Positions 25,947 through 36,222 of a DNA stretch of 64,000 nucleotides are shown here, one piece after another. A program made the translations under genes and the position numbers. Each line of letters starts with the position of its first letter. Position 1 is the stretch's first letter. The stretch is from Basidiobolus meristosporus CBS 931.73 (lineage: Eukaryota > Fungi > Basidiobolomycota). Below the pieces are notes generated by a model that was given only the letters and a program-made list of their open reading frames with translations, did not search any database and was not told the origin of the DNA. The stretch lies in NCBI GenBank assembly GCA_002104905.1, contig MCFE01000218.1, forward strand, positions 1 through 64,000. Reading direction: 5' to 3'.

Positions 25947-26416
25947 CCCTATGAAAAATAATTAGGTCCCATGGGTGGATCCTATCCAGATCAGCCATCA
26001 GGATCCTGTTTAGAGACCATCATAGTACCAGCAGCTTGGAATTAGTGACCCTCCTAACAATCTTATGATGGGATCATGATGGTGTTTTGCTAATTTACAA
26101 CCAAATAAAGGGATAAAACTTGACAATATTTTATTGGTGCTGTGACAATATTTGCATGGTAATGTTGCGGTCTTTTGGTGCTCTATAACTATTTTATGTG
26201 GATCCAGTTGGCCAGGACATCCAATTGCCATATATGGCAAGAAGCTTGATGGTATCTTGATGGCCTCACAGCAAGACTCTGATGGCATTATATTGGCAGT
26301 ATGACGGCCCACTGCTGGTTCTGTATAATGCTACCCTACCAATTTACCAAATGGTATTTACTTTTCTACCTCCCCTTGTGCAATTCATATATTCCACTGT
26401 AGAATCACCCCTCTTT

Positions 26417-26937
26417 TGTCATGATCACATGACAACCATGAGCACCCAGGCCAAGTTTCAGCTTCCTAGCTCAATTTCTAAGAGATTCCTTCTGGAACCT
26501 TCTACTACCTTCCAGAAAGTTCCTGACCATTCCAAACCATTGTTACACAATGGAACATTCCATGGAAGCTTTCCATCGTATTTTTCATAGTTCAGTACCA
26601 TATATGGAAATACCAGGTCACATGACTTAGTCACATGACCAGGTGACCCAATCCATTTCCCCATCCTGTCTCAGTGCCGTGTCATCTATGTCATTATCCC
26701 CAGCACCATTGCTGTGCCTCACCCCACAACCCCATTAGTATTAGCCAATATCTCTTGGCATCAGTATAACCAAAAAGTATATATAGTCCTATCCCCCCTT
26801 AAGTATTCCTCAGTCTGATAAACACAGGTCCTGAATAAACAGCCTTGCCTGGAATCCTGCCTTGCCTTGATGGTCCACACCTAAGTCCTTTCCTGCCGTG
26901 CCTAGCTTTTCCTCCTGCCGTGTGTCTATTCATAACA
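26417..26937 (+). repeat. 5' LTR (521 bp)
   Basis: TGTCATGA..TCATAACA; TATATATA at 26778; about 96% identical to 32799-33298 by manual count. Confidence 0.95.
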
Positions 26938-26939
26938 GT

Positions 26940-26950
26940 TTTATCAGACT
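26940..26950 (+). promoter_or_regulatory. Putative self-priming primer-binding site
   Basis: TTTATCAGACT, 2 nt after the 5' LTR, is the exact reverse complement of AGTCTGATAAA at 26812-26822, which lies about 27 nt downstream of the TATA box. Confidence 0.75.
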
Positions 26951-27343
26951 CTCCTGACTTACCTGTGGATCCCTGCCTTCTGCCCAAAGTTTGAAGAAAA
27001 CTTGTAAAAGGAATACTCACTGTAAGTATCACCCATCATCTTTCCCTAGTCTAGTCCTATAAAGGCAAAGATACTTTATCATTGTAAAACTATTGGTCAA
27101 AGCTGCATTCACTTTATTACCCTACTGGTGGAGTTTACAGTTGTTACAGTATTGGAAGCTTTAGTACAATACTCTATCAAAGGACGTTGAAACCAGTACC
27201 TTCTGAAGTGACGCTAACTTATGTAAGTTGGGGATTGTGGCTCAATAGTTGTATTCTTGACATACTAGTGGCTTTACAAACCCAAAACCTAATTTAGTAT
27301 ATTCCAGTATCCCTTGCAAGTTCATCTGCCTTCCTCTACTACC

Positions 27344-28276
27344 ATGTCCAACCTAGAGCTGAACTTTGCCCAGCTCATGGCTGCCTTTACCCAACTGCAG
27401 CAAGACCATGCAGACCTCAGAAACACTCTTGCTCAGTTCCAGAACCAAAGTGTCCAGCAAACTAGTCATGTCCCAGTCTACCAAGAACCCAAGTATACTC
27501 CTGCTACCAAGTTCAATGGCTCTCAGAATGAATTCCATGGTTTCATCAACATGGTGAAGGACAATCTTGCACTCCAGCCCAACCGGTACCCCACTTACCT
27601 GGCCAAAGTTGGTTTCATCTCCAACCTGCTTACTGGTACAGCTCTCAAGTGGTTCTCCCCAATAGTGGAGACCAACTCTCCCCTCCTCAGAGACTACCAA
27701 GCTTTTCTCACTGAAATGGAGCTAACATTTGGTAACCTTGACCAAGCCAGAACTGCTGCCAACAAGATCAAGACCCTCAAACAAGGGAACAAACCAGCAT
27801 CAGTTGATGCCTCAGAATTCTGACAACTCTCCAGTGACCTCAGCTCATGGGGTCAAGCAGCCTTGATAAGCCAATTCCAAGATGGCCTTAATGAAGAAGT
27901 TTGTGATCTGCTACTCACACTCCCAGATCCAGATACATTGGTTGAAGCTATGTACCAAGCAATCCGGTGTGATAACAGACTATTCCAGCAGAAGCAAAAG
28001 AACCACCAGAGACACATTCCTGTTGCAGTCCCAGCCCCTCCTGCTCCCCAAGTCACTCCAGAAGATCCTATGCATATTGATAGTGCCAAATACAAGAAAC
28101 TATCAAAGAGTGAAAAGTCCAGACGTCAACAAGCCAACCTCTGTCTATACTGTGGCCAACCAGGTCACTTTGCCAAGTCCTGCCCTAACAAGAAGTCCAG
28201 CTTCAAGCTGATGCAGTCCTCCAGTAACCAACCTGATTCAGATCTGTTGGGAAACTCCAATGTCCAGTTGCACTGA
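27344..28276 (+). pseudogene. gag with CCHC zinc knuckle and one in-frame premature stop
   Basis: ORF-track segments 27314-27823 and 27863-28276 are the same frame, separated by TGA at 27821 (likely CGA>TGA). Retrotransposon-gag motifs F.G....F..F and QFQDGLNEEV, plus CLYCGQPGHFAKSC. Confidence 0.9.
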
Positions 28277-28293
28277 CAGGCTTGCAACTGGAC
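28249..28293 (+). promoter_or_regulatory. -1 ribosomal frameshift signal (G GGA AAC plus hairpin)
   Basis: Slippery heptamer 28249-28255 in the gag frame, 6-nt spacer, then perfect 11-bp stem GTCCAGTTGCA (28262-28272) / TGCAACTGGAC (28283-28293). pol is in the -1 frame. Confidence 0.85.
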
Positions 28294-31200
28294 CCACCCA
28301 TGAAAATCCAGCATATCCAAGAATCTTCCGTTGCCACAAAATCTATCCAGTCCTTGAGAATGCCTGTCAAAATCCAGATCCCTGACTCCAGTCCTGTCCC
28401 AGCCCTAGCCATGATTGATTCCGGTGCTTCATCCTGTTTCATTGACGAAGCCTTTGTCCAGAAGCACTCTATTCCTGTTACCTTGAAATCCTGTCCAGTC
28501 CAAGTAGAAGTTGTTGATGGAAGATCACTCTCCTCTGGTGCCATTACCCATGAAACATGCTTACTCCAGCTGTCCAGTACTGCCCACCAAGAAAGAATTG
28601 CCTCCAACATCATCAACTCACCACACTATCCTATTGTGCTTGGAAGCTCATGGTTGAGCTACCACAATCCAAGTATTGATTGGAAATCCAAGATCCTGTC
28701 ATTCACCAGATCCCACCAAGTCAACTCCATGAAATCTCCAGACCCTGATAGCCGTGAAAAGATGGTTGCCAACAGTTCAACAGCCCAAGATACCTTGCCA
28801 GCTGAAGGAGCCCCCTCAGCAACTATACCAGCCAAGTACCAAGAGTTTGCCCATGTCTTTGACAGGAAGAAAGCAGAACTCCTCCCTGACCATTGGCCTT
28901 ATAACTGCCCTATTGACCTTGAAGATGGAAAAGTTCCTCCATTTGGCCCAATATATAACCTCTCCCAGCCGGAGTTGAAAGAACTCCATGGTTGTATTCA
29001 AGAAAACCTCCAGAAGGGTTTTATTCAGCACTCCAATTCACCTGCTGGAGCCCCAATCCTCTTTGTCAAGAAGAAGGATGGCACCCTCAGAATGTGTGTG
29101 GACAACGGTGCTTTGAATAAGATCACAGTCAAGAACCGCTACCCCCTGCCCTTGATCAACACACTGTTGGATCAGCTATCTGCTTCCCAAGTCTTCACCA
29201 AGATAGACTTGAGAGGAGCTTACAATCTTGTCAGAATCAAGCCTGGTGATGAATGGAAAACTGCCTTTTGCACAAGATATGGTCACTTTGAGTACAAAGT
29301 AATGCCATTTGGCCTCACCAATGCCCCTGCTGTGTTTCAATACCTCATGAATGACATATTCCATCAATACCTTGACCAGTGTGTGGTAATCTACCTTGAT
29401 GATATTCTCATATACTCCAAGAGCCAAGATGAACATGATGAACATGTCAAGAAAGTATTGAGAAAACTAGACTCAACAGCCCTGAGGGAACAAGAATGGA
29501 CCCAAAGAAAGTTGACTTAGTCCAGTCCTGGAAAACTCCAAGCTCAGTCAAGGAAGTACAATCCTTCCTGGGATTTGCCAACTTCTATTGCAGGTTCATA
29601 GCCAACTACTCCAAGATAGTCACCCCTCTGACAAAGCTTACCCAGAAGAACACACCTTTTGCCTGGAATGAGGAGCAATCCACCTCATTTGACCAACTCA
29701 AGAAATCTTTCCTGAAGGCCCCCCTGCTTGCCCACCCTGACCTTGAGAAGCAATTCATAGTGGAGACTGATGCTTCTGATTTTGCCCTTGGTGCCATACT
29801 CTCCCAGTATGATGGGACAATGTGTTGCACCCCATTGCATTCTACTCTTGGAAGTTTTCCCCTGCAGAGATCAACTATGATGTCTATGATAAGGAGTTGC
29901 TTGCCATCATTGTAGCCTTTGAGCAATGGAGACACTACCTGCATGGTGCAAAGCAAAAAATCAAAGTCTTCTGTGACCATAAGAACCTTGAGTACTTTGC
30001 AACTTCCAAAGTACTAAACCAGAGACAAGCCACATGGTCACTCTTCCTGTCCAGCTTTGACTTTACTATCACCTATAGACCTTGTGCAAAGCAAGGAAAG
30101 CCTGATGCCCTGTCCAGAAAAAAGGAATATGCCCTGGAAGAGGGAGATGATGCCTGTTGGCAAATGGAATACCCATTGCTGAGCAAGAAACATTTTGAGA
30201 TTCTTGCCACCCAGTCCTCAAGTCTTGGCATCCCTTCATTCCTAGTAAGGATATCAGAATCCCAAGCCTCTGATATGACTTCCAGCACCATCAAGAAATA
30301 TCTGGAATCCCCAGTTTGGCCCCCTCCCAAGTTCCCAAACATCCAGAACCTGCATTTGGTAAACAACCTCATCTACCACAAGCAGCAGCATTATGTCCCA
30401 GACCTTGCCACCCAGCTAGACATCATTAAGTCTTGGCATGATTCAATGGCTGCAGGCTACTTTGGTACTGCCAAAACCTTGAATGCTATCAAAAGAGATT
30501 TCTGGTGGCCTAGAATGATAACTCTTATCACAGAGTACATTCTGACTTGTGATATTTGCAACTGTGCAAAACCAGCCAGACACCAGCCCTATGGACTTCT
30601 TCAGCCCTTGCCTATCCCAGAACACCAATAAAGATCTATATCTATGAACTTCATAACTGACCTCCCTGAGTCATGTGGCTTCAATGCTATACTTGTAGTG
30701 GCTGACCAGCTGACCAAGATGGCTCACTTTATCCCTTGCTGTAAGAACACTGATGCAAAAGAAACTGCTGCTTTAGTCCTGAAGAATATCTTCTGCCTTC
30801 ATGGTATCCCCAGTGATATTGTGTCAGATAGAGGCCACAGTTTGTGTCCAAGTTTTGGAAACACTTCATGCAATACCTTGGTGTTCAAGTCAAGCTCTCT
30901 ACTGCCTTCCATCCACAGTCTGATGGCCAGACTGAAAGAATCAACCAGATTCTAGAGCAATACCTCCGGTGCTATATCAATTACCAGCAAGACAATTGGG
31001 TTGATCTACTCCCTGCTGCTGAGTTTGCCTACAACAACTCAAGCCATAGTGCAACCGGTTTTACACCATTCTATGCAAACTATGGATTCCACTCTCAGTT
31101 TGATATCCAGATTCCAACAAACCCAATGAGCCCACATGCGGCTGAACATGCCCAAGCAATCCAGGACATCCAGAATACCCTCAAGGAAGAGCTATCCTTA

Positions 31201-31308
31201 GCTCAGGAAAGTTACAAGATATTTGCCAATCTAAAACGGCATCCCAGCCCTGATCTTAATGAAGGAGATTCTGTATGGTTGCTCAGAAGAAACATCAGCA
31301 CCAACCGC

Positions 31309-32377
31309 TGTGGTGGTGTATAGGTCCAAGGGAGAGATACATCCAACACTTCTCAAGTGTTTTGTGTGTGGGGTGTTCACTGAGTGCAATAACCTCTGGC
31401 AAAGCTTGCTAGGAATACTTGGGTTCTGTCTCTAATCTAATGTGAAGGGGAATAAAGCCACAAGCTTGTCAAGGGAAAACTATTGAGCTACAATCCCCAA
31501 CTTAGTTAGCGTCTTAACAAAAGTATGTACTGGGTTCAGCGTCCTTTGTGATGAAAATGTACTAAAGCTTCCAAAGTCAAAACAACTGTAAGATCCACCA
31601 GCAGGGACTTGATAAGAATGCAGCTGTGATCAATAGTTACAAAGACAGAAAGGTATCTTTGCCTGTACAAGAACAAACTTGGGAAAGAATCAAATATAAT
31701 AAAAGATACCTACTCTGAGTATTCCTCACAAGTAGTGCCTCCAAGGTCAGTTGGCTGTCAGCGCGGTTTCCTGGGAGTGTCCTGTGGTCTGGGGTTGGAA
31801 GTTCAGGTAGCAGCAGGTAGCAGTGATCACACTAATCAACAAGTTGGTATATTGATAAAAGGGATGATGATCTATTGTAGAGGGATAGCCTCCCTATATA
31901 CTTTTCTCACTGGCTAAGTGATTACTAATCATGGTGTTCCAGAAGGTTCCAGACATCAACAGAAATCTTAATGACATCAGAATGACCTAAGAATGCTCTA
32001 AGTAGGTGCTGGAAGGTTCTAAGAGGCACAGCACATCCAACCAATCAAGAATCAATATTCTGAAACCTGAGTAACATAAGGATACCATATATGGTATGGA
32101 AATGCTAAGGATGGTGACACGGGTTGATCATGTGTCACGGGTACTGGCACGGGTACTTGCCTAATATAGAAGCACTTATAGCTAGTAATCTTACATAAAG
32201 TGAGGGGTAACTTATGCAATAAGGCAAGCAGGTGTGATAGTCAACCAGCTTATGGGATAGTACTGATTGGGTAAGACAAATGGGATAAAACTAAAATAAA
32301 TGTAGTAGAGATATAGGGAAGTAGAAAATGAGGGAATGAGCACATCTGTCAGTGGGTGTCACTGTCACCCCACTACA
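31309..32377 (-). mobile_element. Solo LTR, 1069-bp family, inserted in the chromovirus integrase
   Basis: TGTGG..ACTACA ends; 4-bp TSD CCGC/CCAC. Removal restores ACC AAC CGC CCT TGT GAC (TNRPCD-KLDFKKLGPF). Near-identical copy at 49278-50346. Orientation inferred from a TATA-like aaaagtatata on the minus strand. Confidence 0.88.
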
Positions 32378-32798
32378 CCACCCTTGTGACAAATTAGATT
32401 TCAAGAAACTTGGTCCCTTCAAGACCAAGAAGAAGCTTAGCCCTATAGTATATCAGCTACAGTTACAAGCAAGTATGAAAATCCATGATACTTTCCATGT
32501 GTCCCTCCTGGAGCTGTATTGTAGGAACACCTTGCTAAACCGGCAAGAAGCAAAGCCCCATGCCATCCAGGTTGACCAACATCAAGAATTTGAAGTTAAA
32601 CAGATTCTAGACTCCAAGTATATCCAGTCAAAGCTGTACTACTTAGTAGACTGGACTGGCTATGGTCCAAGTGACCAAACATGGGAACCAGCTACCCATC
32701 TCACTAATTGTCAAGAACTAGTTACCCAGTTCCACCAGCAATATACTGCAAAACCTGCCCCAAAGGGAAACAGAGCTTTGCCTGGAAGAGGAGAATAG

Positions 32799-33298
32799 TG
32801 TCAAGATCACATGACAACCATGAACACCTGTGCCAAGTTTCAGCTTCCTAGCTCAATTTCTAAGAGATTCCTTCTGGAACCTTCTACCACCTTCCAGAAA
32901 GCTCCTGACCATTCCAAACCATTGTTACACAATAGAACATTCCATGGAAGCTTTCCATCGTATTTTTCATAGTTCAGTACCATATATGGAAATAACAGGT
33001 CACATGACTTAGTCACATGACCAGGTGACCCAATCCATTTCCCCATCCTATCTCAGTGCTGTGTTATCTATGTCATTGTCCCCAGCACAACCCCATTAGT
33101 ATTAGCCATTATCTCTTGGCATCAGTATAACCAAAAAGTGTATATAGTCCTATCCCCCCTTAAGTATTCCCCAGTCTGATAAACACAGGTCTTGAATAAA
33201 CAGCCTTGCCTGGAATCCTGCCTTGCCTTGATGGTCCACACCTAAGTCCTTTCCTGCCGTGCCTAGCTTTTCCTCCTGCCTTGTATCTATTCATAACA
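32799..33298 (+). repeat. 3' LTR (500 bp)
   Basis: Preceded by PPT GGAAGAGGAGAATAG; lacks a 21-bp segment present in the 5' LTR. Confidence 0.95.
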
Positions 33299-33639
33299 TC
33301 TTTATTTGCTTACCCACTACTACCTTGGGTATTCCACATTTTGTTTGAGTCAAAAAAAACTATGGCCTCCTACTTACTAACCTCTACAAACATATGCGCC
33401 TGCCACAATTGACATACTCTATCACCTCAACTTTACGGCTTTTTAGTATGATACTTGCAAAGTTGCCATATACCTTGTACTGCTGGTAACATATACATCT
33501 TGCAAACATATGCTTGGTTGTTACCACTTCTGCCAGGAATACCTCCTGAATATCTGCAAAGAACTTCTTGGTATTTAGCCAATGTATTCCTTCTCTCTGC
33601 TGGTCTCTAGTCCCCCTTATAGGTGCGCTCTGGCTTTTA

Positions 33640-36000
33640 TTAATGTGAGTTCTGTATTGAGTGGTGTAGAAGTTGGCTTGTGACCATGAGAAATCTGGCA
33701 TATCTTTGTAGAGTTTTCCTGATAAAAATTAGTTGCTTGTTGCACCCAACCCAACTTTGCATTACATAACTGATTACACATGCATTGGGACTGCTTAGCT
33801 TCTTGATGCCATGGGTATAGGTGTCTCCATGTGCACATTTGTCCTCAGTATTTTCCAACTCTTTCTGGCTGTTTGCCATGTGCCAACTCAGCATATCCAT
33901 GACGGACTTGAAGGTAATATTCTTGATGAGATTGCAATATGGTAGTATCTGCAACTTGACTTGTCTTCCTATCTCCCCATACATCTGCTCCATAGGAAAC
34001 TCCCAAAAGGTAAAGCAAGGCCCAATATTCTCCACACACCATGCAAGATGGAGTAGAGAATGGATACAGTTGCAGCAAAGATCTACATGTTCAGCTTTAT
34101 GTTTGTAGTATAGCTGCTCAAATCTCATCACAAACTCCTCACATAACAGCCGTAGATGTGTCTAGTTGGCATTGGTGATCTGCTTCTGGATAAATATTCC
34201 TACAATATTCACATATGACTCCCAATGCTTCCAATGTCCTCTTAGTAGGAACGACTTCAGAACACCACTTGAATAAATACATATCCAGTTCATCCAGTCT
34301 TTGCATTAATATTGTTGCATATGTGTATGAATATTAATTGGAGCCCATGCAAAGTACTTAGGGTGGCAGATACTCCGTAATATCTTACCAATTCTTCAAA
34401 ATTTCTCTGGTTTCTCAAAGATCTCATTTAGCTTGAAATGCCCCATGTACAACTTGGTCATCAGTATAGGGATATTGTTGAAAAGCAAATGCATTGCTCC
34501 CAGTGGAAAGCTTTTGCTCCAACAGTTATCCTCTATTTTAAGTATCTCCGGCTTCCAATTGATTCCATATTCCAGTCAATGGCTTGTAGTGTGCCAACTT
34601 TGCTGCAATTGCATGCTGACTTCTGTACATTCTCTCTGTGGAAAAATGATGTTCTTAGTGCTGGTGTTTGGGTAATAATAATGTATGTGAGTTATGGAGT
34701 AAATCCCCTGGATCTCATACATTTAACAGCAATACCATCCATTGTGCCCAGAAAAACCTACTACGTTGCTGATGGCCAGGGTATCTCCAATGCAGATAAT
34801 AATATGCATGATTACATGAAAGCTGTTTACTGTTATCCCACTGGAAAGCATACAAAATTCATCCAGCAACTGATACAGGTAGCTATCCAGGTTGGACAGT
34901 GATTTAGGCCCAGATACCAGTGAGACTACCATCAGATTATTGCTTTGCTACTGTAAGATGGGCTGCAGATTCATATTGATGAGAATCAGTGGCCAGCAGG
35001 ATTTGCTGGTAGAGTACTTGTTTAATGAGAATCCATCAAGTGCTAAAGCAAAGGCATGGTCATACATACCTTCAAAGTAACCCTTGCTTATTAGCTGCTT
35101 TTAATGTTTGCCATCAAATATATTGGATATGCTGGCGCTTAATTGATACTGAGTGCGGTAATGTATAGTGTTGCAATATTTATTGGACTGCATCAGCTTC
35201 CTCAGACAGGCTATGACCAGAGTATATCCAGAGTGTAAATAATGTTTTCCCTCAATGGTGGTGGATTCCTGACAATTTGGTCACGTTACAATGGTAGCAT
35301 TTTTGGATGTGAACGCCATGCAACTGTTAACACATGCTGGATTCAGGACAGTCTCTGAATCATATGTTGCCCGCCACATGATGGTTGTCCACTTGTACCA
35401 TGTACATGGTAAGTTGCATCCAGGTGTGATTTTGGCAAGAAGTAGTAATAAATCCTTAAAGCCCCCATTACTGATATTGGTGGAAATGTGCCACTTCTCT
35501 AGCCACAACACTACATCATTTACCAGTAGATGGATTACTGGGCTCACTTGGCTCCATAAAGTGTCCTTGGCATCTGTTTCAATGGGTGTTGTCTCATTGC
35601 ATATGGGGATTTGACTGGACTCATACATGGTACTGTTGTTAGGGGAGATAGGCTCAAAATCCATCAGTGAGCCTTCTTTGCCAGAGCTATCACTCTGCAT
35701 GCCATATTTAGAAGGCTGAGGTGAGCCTAAAGGCATCACAAACTCACCTGACTCAGTTTGTGCAAGGTGACAAAGACAGCCAGGTGCCAATATAGAAGTA
35801 TCAACTGGCTGGCAAGATAATGTTGATACAGTAGTGACCAAGGAATGGTCAAATATGACTTGGGTGACAAAACACTGGCTGTGATCCTTGTAATACCTCC
35901 TATGTTGTCTGTGTGCTACATGGCTGAGAGGTTTGCCACAATAGCCACATGGTCTTTCTTCTCTTCTCTTACAGTGTTGAGTCAAAGTAGTCTTGTCCAT
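33640..36000 (-). pseudogene. CACTA Tnp2-type (Transposase_21/DUF4218-like) transposase of copy A
   Basis: NPACVNSCMAFT; VVSLVSGPKSLSNLDSYLYQLLDE; GDTLAISNVVGFSGHNG; FEQLYY..IHSLLHL..IGP..FWEFPMEQ. Multiple stops and frameshifts. Confidence 0.85.
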
Positions 36001-36222
36001 GGGGCAAACAGTCTGACCTTCAATAATGTAACACTATTATACCTCTTTTTGGTCAATACTCATTTGAACTTAAGACAGTCTTGTACTTGAGACATTGCAC
36101 CTACACGAATGCAAGATTCAATGATGACCTGCTATAGTAAGCATTATAAATAAAGTTGTGGCACCACATACATATGTATATGTAGCACTATTTCCCCTTT
36201 GGTTTGACCCACTTCAATATAT

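Larger units (their letters stand above)
28249..32798 (+). pseudogene. pol (PR, RT, RNase H, integrase, chromodomain), disrupted
   Basis: AMIDSGAS; YLDDILIYS; ETDASDFALGAILSQ; NYDVYDKELLAI; HPQSDGQTERINQILEQYLR; KLDFKKLGPF; FEV..ILDS..YLVDWTGYGPSDQTWEP. Disrupted by a deletion or frameshift at about 29470, frameshifts at about 29820 and about 30835, a stop at 30629, and the solo LTR insertion. Confidence 0.93.
26417..33298 (+). mobile_element. Full-length but inactivated Ty3/gypsy chromovirus (Tf1/sushi-like)
   Basis: TG..CA LTR pair and 5-bp TSD TCTTT (26412-26416 and 33299-33303). Gag with CCHC, then PR-RT-RH-IN-chromodomain. PPT at 32784-32798. The empty site matches the sequence at about 56300. 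Confidence 0.96.

Noticed and set aside
26938-26960. tRNA primer-binding site for the chromovirus
   Set aside because: There is no TGG start complementary to tRNA CCA; self-complementarity to the LTR explains the sequence better.
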